This document shows, in pieces, positions 30,093 to 40,244 of a stretch of DNA of 64,000 nt; position 1 is the first letter of the stretch; every line of letters begins with the position of its first letter. Where the stretch lies: positions 544,001-608,000 of the forward strand of contig CAVVJT010000004.1 in NCBI GenBank assembly GCA_963748625.1, given 5' to 3'. Under the pieces are notes generated by a model. The model did not search any database. It worked only from the letters and a program-made list of their open reading frames with translations, and was not told the origin of the DNA. The stretch comes from an uncultured Chloroflexia bacterium (GTDB lineage Bacteria > Chloroflexota > Limnocylindria > Limnocylindrales > CSP1-4). The position numbers and the translations under genes are program-made.

Positions 30093-31369
30093 ACAAGGTC
30101 GTCCTCGCGTATTCGGGCGGTCTGGACACGTCCGTCGCCATCCCCTGGCTCAAGGAGCAGTACGGCGCAGAGGTCGTCACGCTCACCGTGGACCTGGGCG
30201 GGGGCTCGCTCAAGGAGGGCGTGGAGGCGCGGGCGCTGTCGGCCGGCGCCTCGAAGGCGTACGTGGTGGACGCGCGCGAGACGTTCGTGAGCCGCTACAT
30301 CTGGCGCGCGCTCCAGGCGAACGTCCTCTACCAGGGCGTCTACCCGCTGGCCACCGCGCTCGCCCGCCCGCTGCTCGCCCAGCTGCTCGTGGAGCTCGCC
30401 CAGAAGGAGGGTGCGGACACGGTCGCCCACGGCTGTACCGGCAAGGGCAACGACCAGGTCCGCTTCGATGTCGCGGTGCACGCGCTGGACCCGGGACTCC
30501 AGGTGATCGCGCCGATGCGCGTCGGCATGGGGCTGACGCGCGCGCAGACCGTGGACTACGCGGAGGCTCGGGGCATCGAGATCCCGGTGACCAAGGCCGC
30601 GCCCTGGTCGATCGACGTCAACCTGTGGGGCCGCTCGTGCGAGACGGGCCCGCTGGAGGACCCGTGGGCGACCCCGCCCGCCGATGCCTACGCATGGACG
30701 GTGGCCCCGTCCGACGCGCCCGAGCCCGTGGAGATCACGGTCGGCTTCGAGGGCGGCGTTCCGGTATCGGTGGACGGCGAGCGCATGTCCGGCGCGACGC
30801 TGGTGGAGGCGCTGCACGAGCTGGGCGGCCGCCACGGCGTGGGCCGGATCGATCATGTCGAGGACCGCCTCATCGGCATCAAGAGCCGCGAGATCTACGA
30901 GGCGCCGGCCGCGATCATCCTGCACACCGCGCACAAGGCGCTCGAGAGCCTGGTCCTGTCCAAGGAGCAGCTGCGGTTCAACCGCGCCATCGCCGACGAG
31001 CTGGGCCAGATCATCTACGACGGCCTCTGGTTCAGCGCCCTCTCGCGTGACCTGCGGGCGTACGTCATGAGCTCACAGCGGGTGGTGTCGGGCGAGGTCC
31101 GGCTGCGCCTGGACCACGGGCAGGCCTACGTCACGGGGCGCCGCTCCCCGATGAGCCTCTACGACCGCAACCTCGCCACGTACGAGGAGGGTGACGCGTT
31201 CGACCATGCGGCGGCCGTCGGCTTCATCGAGATCTTCGGGCTGCCGCTCCGCGTGGAGGCGGCCCGCCATGGCGCCGTCGGCAAGCACCACGGTGCGGCC
31301 TGGTCGTGGACGGACCCGCTGCTTGCGGACCTGCCGACCTCGGTGTCGGGGAGCGACACGGCGTCCTGA
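30089..31369 (+). CDS. argG: Argininosuccinate synthase
   Basis: MNKVVLAYSGGLDTS, HGCTGKGNDQVRF, EDRLIGIKSREIYEAP; own GGAG RBS. Confidence 0.96.
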   Translation: MNKVVLAYSGGLDTSVAIPWLKEQYGAEVVTLTVDLGGGSLKEGVEARALSAGASKAYVVDARETFVSRYIWRALQANVLYQGVYPLATALARPLLAQLLVELAQKEGADTVAHGCTGKGNDQVRFDVAVHALDPGLQVIAPMRVGMGLTRAQTVDYAEARGIEIPVTKAAPWSIDVNLWGRSCETGPLEDPWATPPADAYAWTVAPSDAPEPVEITVGFEGGVPVSVDGERMSGATLVEALHELGGRHGVGRIDHVEDRLIGIKSREIYEAPAAIILHTAHKALESLVLSKEQLRFNRAIADELGQIIYDGLWFSALSRDLRAYVMSSQRVVSGEVRLRLDHGQAYVTGRRSPMSLYDRNLATYEEGDAFDHAAAVGFIEIFGLPLRVEAARHGAVGKHHGAAWSWTDPLLADLPTSVSGSDTAS

Positions 31370-31472
31370 ACCGGGTCGTAGCGCCCGGACCGGGGGTCGT
31401 CGCGCCGTCGTCGCGCCCGCGCCGCGCCGTGAAATCGATGACAGGGAACGGGCGATGCCGTAGGGTTGCCGG

Positions 31473-32774
31473 GTGACGACGTCGCAGGAGCCCGAGACCG
31501 AGCCACGGTCAACCCGCGCGCGCGGAACGGCCGCCAGTTCGCGTGCAACCGCCACCGCCTCGTCGCGCCAGCTCGACCGGCTCGCATTCCTCCACGAGTT
31601 CGCGCAGCTCGCCACCCAGGCGCGGGACTGGGACGAGCTGATGCGCACGGTCGTGGACCGCACGACGGCCGCCATGAAGGTGGAGGTCTGCTCGCTGTAC
31701 CTGCTCGATCGTGACGGGGTCCGCCTGACGCTCGCCGCCACCAATGGGCTGGATGTGAGCCAGGTCGGCAAGGTGAGCCTGGCCATGGGCGAGGGCCTGA
31801 CCGGTCGGGCCGCGGCCACGCGCACGCCGGTGGCCACCCGCGATGTCTCGTCCGACCCGCGCTTCTCCTGGGTCCGTGGGTTCGACATCCGCGACCTGCG
31901 GGCGATGCTCTCGATGCCGCTGGTCTGGAACGAGTCGGTCGTGGGGGTGCTCAACGTCCAGGCCACCGATGACCGGGAGTTCGCCCCTGAGGACCTCGAG
32001 CTCCTTGCGACGATTGGCGCGCTGCTCGCCGGCATCGTGGAGAAGGGCCGTATGCAGGCGGAGGCGGAGGCGCAGCTGGACCGCCTCTCGCAGCTGGACG
32101 CGGCGCGCGCCGAGCTGCTGGCGGTGGTGACCCACGAGCTGCGCACGCCCCTCGCGGTCGTCCGCGCCTACGTGGACCTGCTCGCCGACGCGGCGGCCGG
32201 CGGCCAACCCACAGATCCGCGGGTGATCGACACGTGGCGGACCGGCGCGATCGACCAGGTCACGCGGCTCGACCGCCTGGTGGATGGGATCCTCGCCTCG
32301 GTCCGCGGGGAGGGGCTGACCGGTCTGCGCCGCGAGCCGTTCGACGTGGTGACCGCCATCGACAAGACCGTGGGCACGCTCGCGCTGCTGCTGCGCACAC
32401 GGTCGGTCCGATGGACACCTCCCATCGAGCCGATGGTCGCCCGCGGCGACGAGCACCGCTTCATCCAGGTGCTGGAGCAGATCCTCGACAACGAGGCGAA
32501 GTACGCCCCGCCGGAGCAGGCGGTGAGCATCGGGGCCTGGCGTGTCGGCGAGGAGATCCACGTCTACATCACCGACGACGGCCCGGGCGTCCCGATCGAG
32601 GACTGGGAGGCTGTGTTCCAGCCGTATGTCCGGGTGGACCGGGCGCGCTCACGCGGATCCGGGATCGGGCTGTTCGCGGCGCGGCGGCTGATGGAGGCGA
32701 TGGGCGGCCGGACCTGGATCGAGAAGAACGGCTACGGCGGCTCGCGCTTCATGGTGGCGCTGCCGAACGTCTGA
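31473..32774 (+). CDS. Cytoplasmic GAF-domain sensor histidine kinase
   Basis: GAF (GEGLTG, VVGVLNVQ), H-box THELRTPL, DNEAKY, DDGPG, GSGIGL; no TM helix. Confidence 0.9.
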   Translation: MTTSQEPETEPRSTRARGTAASSRATATASSRQLDRLAFLHEFAQLATQARDWDELMRTVVDRTTAAMKVEVCSLYLLDRDGVRLTLAATNGLDVSQVGKVSLAMGEGLTGRAAATRTPVATRDVSSDPRFSWVRGFDIRDLRAMLSMPLVWNESVVGVLNVQATDDREFAPEDLELLATIGALLAGIVEKGRMQAEAEAQLDRLSQLDAARAELLAVVTHELRTPLAVVRAYVDLLADAAAGGQPTDPRVIDTWRTGAIDQVTRLDRLVDGILASVRGEGLTGLRREPFDVVTAIDKTVGTLALLLRTRSVRWTPPIEPMVARGDEHRFIQVLEQILDNEAKYAPPEQAVSIGAWRVGEEIHVYITDDGPGVPIEDWEAVFQPYVRVDRARSRGSGIGLFAARRLMEAMGGRTWIEKNGYGGSRFMVALPNV

Positions 32775-33159
32775 GTCGCGCGTGCGGCAGGATCATCCCC
32801 TCGGGTAGGGCCGGCGAACGTTACCCCCGAGGCTGGAACTGGCGAACACCCTGCGGGGACCGGTGCCGCGATCCACTCCTGCGCGGGCAGGTTCGGGATC
32901 CCATCCCTGCGCGGACCGAATCGGCCAACAATCCCCGTGGTGAGATCCGCCCATGGCGTGCAGAGGTCACGCACCGAACCCCAGGCTCAGGCTCCGAGTC
33001 CTGGCACGGACTGCCCCGATTCCATTCCTCCGCGGATAGATCGGCGATTCCATCCCCGTGGGACCAGACCGGCGGCCATCTCCGCGTGGACTCCGTCTGC
33101 AGCGAGCGCGGGTTGCGGGACGCGTGCAGGGTCGCGTGCTCGGCGGAGATCTGGCCGCC

Positions 33160-34269
33160 TCAGGCGGGACCCGCCACCACCTGCAGCTCCGTGGCCCGGA
33201 TGTGGGCGTAGCCCGGCTTCACCACCTCGTTGATCAGGGCCAGCCGCTCGTCGAACGGCAGGAACGAGGATTTGAGCGCGTTGATGGTCAGCCACTCCAT
33301 CTCGCCCAGGCCGATCCCGAACGTGGCATCGAGCGCAGCGAACTCGGAGCTCATGGAGACGCCGCTCATCAGGCGGTTGTCGGTGTTGAGCGTGACCCGG
33401 AAGCGCAGGCGGCGGAGCAGGTCGAGCGGATGGTCCTCGAAACGGGCGACACCGCCAGTGTGCACGTTGGACGTGGGGCACATCTCGAGGGCGATCCGCG
33501 AGTCGCGCACGAAGGCCGCCAGCCTGCCGAGGTGCACGACGCCGGCATCGTCCACGGTGATGTCGTCGATGATCCGCAGGCCGTGACCCAGGCGCTCTGC
33601 CCCGCACACCTGGATCGCCTCCCAGATGCTCGGCAGGCCGAAGGACTCGCCCGCGTGGATGGTCACGTGGAAGTTCTCGCGGTGCAGGAGGGAGAACGCG
33701 TCGAGGTGGCGGGTGGGCCGGTAGCCCGCCTCGGGCCCGGCGATGTCGAAGCCGACGACGCCGTGATCCCGCCAGCGCACGGCGAGCTCCGCGATCTCCA
33801 CCGAGCGGGCGGCCTGGCGCATGGCGGTGATCAGGATGCGCGCGGTGATCGGGTGCCCGGCCGCCGCAGCCTTCTCCGACCCGGTCCGGACCCCGCCGAG
33901 CACGGCCTCGACCACCTCGTCGGGCGTGAGGCCCTGCTCGGTGTGGAGCTCGGGCGCGAAGCGGATCTCGGCATACACGACGCCGTCGGCCGCGAGGTCC
34001 TCCACCGCCTCGGCTGCCACGCGGGCGAGCGCGTCGCGCTGCTGCATCACGCCGCACGTGTGCTGGAAGGTCTCGAGGTAGAGCTCGAGCGACTTGCGGT
34101 CGGCGCCACGGCGCACCCAGGCGGCAAGCTCGTCCGGGTCCCGCGTCGGGAGGCCGCCGTAGCCGAACTCGGCGGCAAGGTCGATCATCGTGGCAGGCCG
34201 CAGCCCGCCGTCGAGATGGTCGTGGAGCAGCGCCTTGGGCGCTGAGCGGATGGTGTCGGGCGTCAGCAC
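33160..34269 (-). CDS. add: Adenosine deaminase
   Basis: [48 protein letters not shown]. Confidence 0.92.
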   Translation of the reverse strand: MLTPDTIRSAPKALLHDHLDGGLRPATMIDLAAEFGYGGLPTRDPDELAAWVRRGADRKSLELYLETFQHTCGVMQQRDALARVAAEAVEDLAADGVVYAEIRFAPELHTEQGLTPDEVVEAVLGGVRTGSEKAAAAGHPITARILITAMRQAARSVEIAELAVRWRDHGVVGFDIAGPEAGYRPTRHLDAFSLLHRENFHVTIHAGESFGLPSIWEAIQVCGAERLGHGLRIIDDITVDDAGVVHLGRLAAFVRDSRIALEMCPTSNVHTGGVARFEDHPLDLLRRLRFRVTLNTDNRLMSGVSMSSEFAALDATFGIGLGEMEWLTINALKSSFLPFDERLALINEVVKPGYAHIRATELQVVAGPA

Positions 34270-34337
34270 GGTCGTCCTCCTGGGTCCTGCGATCGTACCG
34301 CCGCGCGCGCGGGAGGCCAGAGCCATCCGGACGCCTG

Positions 34338-35537
34338 CTACCGCCAGAGCGACTCGTACGGGTGCTCGCCCACCAGCGGCGCGCCGCGCGCGAACCGCTC
34401 CAGCCTGAACGGGCGCAGGTCGATCGGACCCGGCGTGCCGTCCATGATCCAGGCGGCCATCGCCTCCCCCACCGCGGGGGCGGTCTTGAAGCCGGAGCCG
34501 CTGAAGCCGCACTGGAGGAACAGGCCCTCTGGACCCGCGGGCCCGAGGATCGCGCGCTGGTCGGGCGACATCCCGTCCTGGCCGCCGTGCGCGGTGCGGA
34601 AGTCGCCGTCGGCCATCCAGGGCAGGCGCTCGCAGAGGCGCTCCGCGAGGATGGGAATGATGGACGGGTCATACCCGTCCACCGGGCGGTCGGGCGAGCC
34701 GCCGATGTCGTTGCCGGTCTCGAGGCCCACCAGCAGCAGCTCGCGACCCTCGCTTCGGAAGTAGACGGCACGGATGTGGTCGAGGACGATCGGGACAGGT
34801 CGGGCGGGCGGGCCGGGCCGCGCGGACGGCAGGCCGAAGTACCCGGTGTCGTGGCGCCACGGCTCGATCGGCACGTCGACGCCCGCGGTCGCAGCGAGGA
34901 TGCCCGCCCATGCGCCCGCCGCATCGACCACGACGGGCGCGCTCACGGTCCCTCGATCGGTGGCCACGCCGAGGACCCGCGCACCGTCCGTCACGATCCG
35001 CTCCACGCGCACCCCGCCCGCGTACGCCGCCCCGTGGTGATGTCGCGCGGCTGCGAGGAAGCCGGTCGCGGTGCCGGTGGGATCGGCGTACCCGGAGTGC
35101 GGTTCCCAGGCCGCCGCGACCACGTCGTCAACGACCATGCCCGGCACCAGGGCCGCCGCCTCGTCGGGCCCGACCACCCCCGTCGCAATCCCGAGTGCCT
35201 GCTGTGCCGCGACGTTCGCGCGCAGCGCGTCCACGTGGGCCGCGGGCACCAGCTGCATGAAGCCGGTGGTGACGAAGCCGCAGTCGCCCTCGCCGACGAC
35301 GTCGGCCCAGCGGGTGAAGGTCGGGAAGGCGCGCCACGCGAGCGCCGCCTCGAGCGCGAGGTCGTAGTGCATGCGCACGAAGCCCGACGACCGCCCAGTG
35401 GCGCCGGCACCCGGCGCGGAGCGCTCCAGCACCAGGACCCTGGCGCCCCGGCGCGCGAGATGGAACGCGGTCGCGGCACCCTGGACGCCGCCGCCAACAA
35501 TGACGACGTCCGCGATGTCGAGCGGCAGGCCGGACAT
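34338..35537 (-). CDS. FAD-dependent oxidoreductase (DAO/sarcosine oxidase family)
   Basis: [38 protein letters not shown]. Confidence 0.88.
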   Translation of the reverse strand: MSGLPLDIADVVIVGGGVQGAATAFHLARRGARVLVLERSAPGAGATGRSSGFVRMHYDLALEAALAWRAFPTFTRWADVVGEGDCGFVTTGFMQLVPAAHVDALRANVAAQQALGIATGVVGPDEAAALVPGMVVDDVVAAAWEPHSGYADPTGTATGFLAAARHHHGAAYAGGVRVERIVTDGARVLGVATDRGTVSAPVVVDAAGAWAGILAATAGVDVPIEPWRHDTGYFGLPSARPGPPARPVPIVLDHIRAVYFRSEGRELLLVGLETGNDIGGSPDRPVDGYDPSIIPILAERLCERLPWMADGDFRTAHGGQDGMSPDQRAILGPAGPEGLFLQCGFSGSGFKTAPAVGEAMAAWIMDGTPGPIDLRPFRLERFARGAPLVGEHPYESLWR

Positions 35538-35558
35538 GGGATCGCCCTCCGCGTGACG

Positions 35559-35612
35559 GGTCGGCCGGTGGGCCGGTGGGCCGGTCAGCCGGTGGGCCGT
35601 TCAGCCGGCCAG
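35559..35612. repeat. Short 8-bp tandem repeat (GCCGGTGG/GCCGGTCA units)
   Basis: ggtcggccggtgggccggtgggccggtcagccggtgggccgttcagccgg in the gap after argH. Confidence 0.55.
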
Positions 35613-37019
35613 GCGGGCTTTCGCGGCCGCGAGCGCCTCGGCGACCCGGTTGGGCGCGGTGCCCCCAGTGACGTCGGCCGAGGCGAGCGAGCCCTCGATG
35701 GTCGCCGCTGCGCGCAGCGTCGCGGCCACCCCCCGCTCCTTGGCAAGGTGTCGGGCAACCGGGTCGTCGGAGCCGTCGAGCGCCGCCCGGAAGGCCTCAT
35801 CGGGGAGTCCGGCGAGCGTCGGAATGCCCTCGGCTTCGGCGCCACCCACCAGCCCGCCCACGATGTGGTGTGCGGCCCGGAAGGGAACGCCACGGCGCAC
35901 GAGCGCGTCCGCGAGGGCGGTGGCGGTGGTATAGCCTTCCTCGGCGGCGGCGCGCATGCGGCCGCGGTCCACGGTCATCGTCTCGACGAGTCCCGCCATC
36001 ACGGCCAGCGACGCATCCAGCGTGGCGACCGAGGCGAACAGCGCCGGCTTGTCCTCCTGGAGGTCGCGCTGGTACGCGAGCGGCAGGCCCTTGAGCAGGA
36101 CGAGCATGGCGGTGAGCGCCCCGATCACGGCCGCCGACCGGCCGCGGACGAGCTCCGCCGGGTCCGGGTTCTTCTTGTTGGGCATCATCGAGGAGCCGGT
36201 GGAGAACGCGTCAGCGACGTGGACGAACCCGAAGCGCGGGTTGGACCACCAGGTGACCTCCTCGGCCAGGCGGGACAGGTGGACCATCGCGAGCGCGGCA
36301 GCGCCCAGCACCTCCACGACGAAGTCCCGGTCGGCCACAGCGTCGAGCGAGTTGGCGGTGACGCCGTCGAACCCGAGCTCGGCGGCCGTCGTCTCACGGT
36401 CAAGGGGGTAGCCGGCGCCGGCGAGGGCGCCCGCGCCCAGCGGCGAGACGTTGAGGCGGCTGCGTGCGTCGGCGAGGCGGCCGCGGTCCCGTTCGAGCAT
36501 CTCGACATAGGCGAGCAGGTGGTGGGCAAGCAGCACGGGCTGGGCCGGCTGGATGTGCGTGGTCCCCGGCAGGACGGCGTCGCCCTCGCGCTCGGCGAGG
36601 TCGATCAGGGCCAGCTCAAGCGCGACGATCTGCGCGTCCAGGCGCCCGATCGCGCGGCGCGTCCACAGCCGCAGGTCCGTGGCCACCTGATCGTTGCGCG
36701 AGCGCCCGGTGTGGAGCTTGCCGCCGACCGCCCCGACGCGCTCGGTGAGCATCGTCTCGAGGTTCATGTGGACGTCTTCGAGGGCCGGATCCCAGGCGAC
36801 GGCACCTGCCACGACATCGTCGCGCAGGGACACCAGGCCCCGCTCCAGGACACCCGCCTCCTCCTCGGTCAGGAGGCCCGCCCGGCCGAGGCCGCGCACG
36901 TGGGCGATCGACCCCGCGATGTCGTCGAGCGCGAGCTCCGCGTCGACCTCGATGGAGCGCGTGAAGTCCACCATTCGCGCATCCGGTCCGTCGCCGAACC
37001 TGCCGCCCCAGAGTCGCAT
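35601..37019 (-). CDS. argH: Argininosuccinate lyase
   Basis: LWGGRF, EDVH, LHTGRSRNDQVATD, STGSSMMPNKKNPD, PFRAAH; AGGAGG RBS. Confidence 0.96.
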   Translation of the reverse strand: MRLWGGRFGDGPDARMVDFTRSIEVDAELALDDIAGSIAHVRGLGRAGLLTEEEAGVLERGLVSLRDDVVAGAVAWDPALEDVHMNLETMLTERVGAVGGKLHTGRSRNDQVATDLRLWTRRAIGRLDAQIVALELALIDLAEREGDAVLPGTTHIQPAQPVLLAHHLLAYVEMLERDRGRLADARSRLNVSPLGAGALAGAGYPLDRETTAAELGFDGVTANSLDAVADRDFVVEVLGAAALAMVHLSRLAEEVTWWSNPRFGFVHVADAFSTGSSMMPNKKNPDPAELVRGRSAAVIGALTAMLVLLKGLPLAYQRDLQEDKPALFASVATLDASLAVMAGLVETMTVDRGRMRAAAEEGYTTATALADALVRRGVPFRAAHHIVGGLVGGAEAEGIPTLAGLPDEAFRAALDGSDDPVARHLAKERGVAATLRAAATIEGSLASADVTGGTAPNRVAEALAAAKARLAG

Positions 37020-37088
37020 GGTTCCTCCTGTCGGGTGCTGGCTGCCATCGTACCCGGCGAGGTGCGGGATTCGACCGCCGTCGGTGGC

Positions 37089-37172
37089 GGGCCGGATCGG
37101 TCAGCCCGAGGGCCGGTCCAGTCAGGCCGGGGTCCGGATCGGTCCGCCCGTGGGCCGGTCCGGTCAGGCCTG
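37089..37172. repeat. Imperfect 42-bp tandem duplication
   Basis: CCGGATCGGTC.GCCCG.GGGCCGGTCC.GTCAGGCC starting at 37092 and 37134. Confidence 0.65.
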
Positions 37173-37976
37173 GGGCCGGTCTGCCACCAGGACCAGGGCC
37201 GTCGCGTCGTCGTGGACCGAGAACTGGGCGAGCTCCGGGGAAGCCGTGGCCGCCCGTTCCGCATTCCGCAGCTGCCTGACAAGATCGGCGAGGCCGGTCG
37301 CGTCGCGGGCGGCAATCGCGGCGGGCGTCGCCAGCCCGAACACTGTCCAAGCCCTGGCGAACCCATCCGAACAGATCACGAGCGCATCCGCCGCAGGGTC
37401 GATGACCCGGAGGATCGCATGGCGGGCAGCGTCCCGACCTTCGGGAACCGTCACCCAGTAGCCCTTCTCGGTGTTGAGGCGCTCGCGATTGGCAAGGAGG
37501 GTCGGCTCGATGCCGGCGCGCGCCTCCCCGGCGGAGTCTCCGGCCGCCAGTCGGCGACGGAGCACGCGAAGTGCGCGGTCGTCGAGGCGGCCGAGCCGCT
37601 TGTCCTCCGCCAGCCGCGCGACGCCATCTCGGAGCTCGACGACAACGCAGTCGCCAAGCACCACCGCACGAGGCCCCGCGGGCGTGTCGATCACGGTCCC
37701 GAGCGTGGCGGAGACTCCGGGCGCGGCGTCGGTGCCTTCCAGCGCGGTCGCCAGACGGGTTCGGGCGGCCATGCCGGTGTGATCGGCGAGACCTTTCAGC
37801 AGTCCCGCTGCGAACTCGCCGGGATCCCCGGCACCAGCCACGAGCGGCGTCGCCCCGTCGGCGACAGCCGCGATCCCGTCGCGGGCGAGCCAGCGATCGT
37901 GGCCCTTCCCGGGCGCCGGAGCATCGACGACCGTGAGGCGCCAGGTCCGGCCGGCAAGCAGGATCCGATCGTCCAC
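37164..37976 (-). CDS. PP2C-like phosphatase domain protein (start uncertain)
   Basis: AVADGAT, LGDC, ICSDG, HDDATAL metal-binding motifs. Confidence 0.72.
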   Translation of the reverse strand: MDDRILLAGRTWRLTVVDAPAPGKGHDRWLARDGIAAVADGATPLVAGAGDPGEFAAGLLKGLADHTGMAARTRLATALEGTDAAPGVSATLGTVIDTPAGPRAVVLGDCVVVELRDGVARLAEDKRLGRLDDRALRVLRRRLAAGDSAGEARAGIEPTLLANRERLNTEKGYWVTVPEGRDAARHAILRVIDPAADALVICSDGFARAWTVFGLATPAAIAARDATGLADLVRQLRNAERAATASPELAQFSVHDDATALVLVADRPQA

Positions 37977-37980
37977 GACG

Positions 37981-39018
37981 CTACCGGCGGCGCCCGAGCG
38001 CCAGGCCAAGCACGAGCGTGCCGCCAAAGATCAACACCGCGATCGCGGCGAGCACGGCGATCGCGCCTTCCGGGGTCGTCTGGTTCTCGGCCGCACTGAT
38101 GCCGCCGATTGCGAGAGCGACGATGCCCACGATGACACCCGCGATCTCGGCGGACCGCGTTTCGACCCCGGCCAGGCGTTCGTCCACCCGCTTGTCCATC
38201 GCCCCGATCTTCCGGTCGATCTCCGCCGATGCGTTGATAAGCAGCAGCTCGTAGTCGTACAGCCGTCGGCGGACCTCGTCGCGATCGGCGTCCTTGTCGG
38301 CCTGGCGGGCGATCGCCAGCTCCCCGCGGGCCTGCTCGGTTCGCCCGAGGTGCCGCAGGACCTGGGCTCGGGTCAGGTGGAAGCGGGCATTGTCCCGGTC
38401 CAGCCTGATGGCCACATCGACGGCACCACGCGCCTCCTCCAGGAGGGCCGTCGCGCGCGTCTCGTCGCCACCGCGATCCAGCTGGGCGAGGATCGCGAGG
38501 GCGAGCGTGTGCTGGGCGCCCGCGTGATCACCGAGGACCTCGATGGCGCGCCGGGCCTCGGCGAGCGCCCGGTCGGGGTTGAAGCCCTTGGCGCCCTCGG
38601 CCATCGCCGTGAAGTGCGCGAACAGGGGGCATGGCCCCAAGGTGGGCTCGGCCTGCTCCAGCAGTTCGTCCAGGCGCCCGAAGTTGTTGGCGCGCCGCAG
38701 CGATGTCGCGAGCACGGCGAAGGCGAAGAAGGCGGCCCGCACGTTGCCGGCACGGCGCGCCTCGTCGAACGCCGCCTGCGCCGGTGCGTCCCATCGTGTC
38801 GCGGGTCCGTGCGGCTCGCCGGGCCGCAGCGGCAGGCCATAGACCTCCGTCGCCCGTCGCTCGTACTGGTACGCCTCCGAGCCCTTGGCGAACGCATTGA
38901 GCTGAGCGCCAACCTTCGCAAGGAGCTCGGCCGGCGTGCCGTCGTGCTCTCTCCAGGGCGTCTCGACGATCGGGTGCACGAGGTCGTCCTTTCCACCGCC
39001 GCCTGCTTCGACGGGCAT
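37981..39018 (-). CDS. TPR-like protein with two C-terminal TM helices
   Basis: Helical repeats (AIRLDRDNARFHLTRAQVL), coiled segment, hydrophobic C-terminus. Confidence 0.7.
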   Translation of the reverse strand: MPVEAGGGGKDDLVHPIVETPWREHDGTPAELLAKVGAQLNAFAKGSEAYQYERRATEVYGLPLRPGEPHGPATRWDAPAQAAFDEARRAGNVRAAFFAFAVLATSLRRANNFGRLDELLEQAEPTLGPCPLFAHFTAMAEGAKGFNPDRALAEARRAIEVLGDHAGAQHTLALAILAQLDRGGDETRATALLEEARGAVDVAIRLDRDNARFHLTRAQVLRHLGRTEQARGELAIARQADKDADRDEVRRRLYDYELLLINASAEIDRKIGAMDKRVDERLAGVETRSAEIAGVIVGIVALAIGGISAAENQTTPEGAIAVLAAIAVLIFGGTLVLGLALGRRR

Positions 39019-39065
39019 GGCGCAAGCCTACCGGCCTGCTGATGGGCGGGGGCTATGATCGCGCG

Positions 39066-40013
39066 ATGCGCCGCGGCACCCCCTGGACCTGGGTCCAGTT
39101 CCTCGCCCTCGGGTTCATCTGGGGCTCGTCCTACCTGTTCATCAAGATCGGGCTCGGGTCGATCCCACCCCTGACCCTGATCGCGGGAAGGCTGACGCTT
39201 GGCGCGCTCCTCCTTGTGGCCGTGGTGCTGGCTGCCCGCCAGGAGACCCCACGGACCGCGCGGATGTACGGGCACCTGCTGGTGATGGCCATCGTGAACA
39301 TCATCATCCCGTTCGCGCTGATCACGTACGGCGAGCAGACGATCGACTCGGCGCTGGCCTCGATCCTCACCGCGACGGTACCGCTCACGGTGATCATGCT
39401 GGCGCCGCTGTTCCTCCCCGACGAGCGCGTGACGCTGCCCAAGATCGCGGGCCTGGCCGTCGGGTTCGGTGGCGTGATCCTGCTCGTGGCGCCGGACCTC
39501 GTGAACCTGGGCGACGCGGACCTGCGGGGCGAGCTGATGCTCCTGGGGGCTGCGGTGGCGTATGGGATCGGCAACGTCTACTCCCGGCGCAACGTGCACG
39601 GCCTGCGTCCGATGATCCCGGCCCTGTTCCAGGTGGGGATCGCGGCGCTGATCATGGTGCCGGTCGCGATCCTCGTGGACCGCCCGTTCACCGACGTCCA
39701 CCCGACGCCCGAGGCGCTGTTCGCGGTCGTGTGGCTCGGGATCCTGGGGTCCGGGGTTGCGTACCTCGCCTACTTCACGGTCCTGCGGGCGTGGGGCGCG
39801 ACGAGGACGTCGATGGTCGCGTACCTGCTGCCGGTGGTGGGGATCGCACTGGGGGCGGCGGTGATGAACGATCCGGTGACGGTGAACAGGCTCGCGGGAA
39901 CGGCGCTCGTCATCGCGGGGATCGCGCTGGTCAACAGCGGGCCGACGCTTCGGCGGTTGACGCGTCGCGGGGACGCAACCCCGCTCGCACCCGAACCGGT
40001 CGACAACGGCTGA
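39066..40013 (+). CDS. EamA/DMT family transporter
   Basis: IWGSSYLFIK, about 10 TM helices, YLLPVVGIALG. Confidence 0.88.
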   Translation: MRRGTPWTWVQFLALGFIWGSSYLFIKIGLGSIPPLTLIAGRLTLGALLLVAVVLAARQETPRTARMYGHLLVMAIVNIIIPFALITYGEQTIDSALASILTATVPLTVIMLAPLFLPDERVTLPKIAGLAVGFGGVILLVAPDLVNLGDADLRGELMLLGAAVAYGIGNVYSRRNVHGLRPMIPALFQVGIAALIMVPVAILVDRPFTDVHPTPEALFAVVWLGILGSGVAYLAYFTVLRAWGATRTSMVAYLLPVVGIALGAAVMNDPVTVNRLAGTALVIAGIALVNSGPTLRRLTRRGDATPLAPEPVDNG

Positions 40014-40244
40014 TCGGGGTCACTGCCCGCGGCCGGTGCGCTGCCGGCGGCCACAACACCGGTGGTGCCGTGGAGTCCACGAATACCCGCAAGCTGGCAC
40101 GTCAGAGGCCCGGTTCACGCACGGTGCTGCGTGACAGGCAACGAGATCCCGCATTTCGGGCGTTTCGAGGTCCTGCAGGCAGGTGTTTGCGCGATTCCGT
40201 TGACGTGGAGACAGCGCGCCGTGATGGCGCGGCGCCGTCGGACC

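Noticed and set aside
37089-37172. Possible CRISPR or iteron array
   Set aside because: Only two imperfect units, no unique spacers, no cas or rep genes
34362-38099. 1245-aa plus-strand ORF
   Set aside because: Stop-free antisense frame of the oxidoreductase, argH and PP2C genes, expected at this GC content; no recognisable domain
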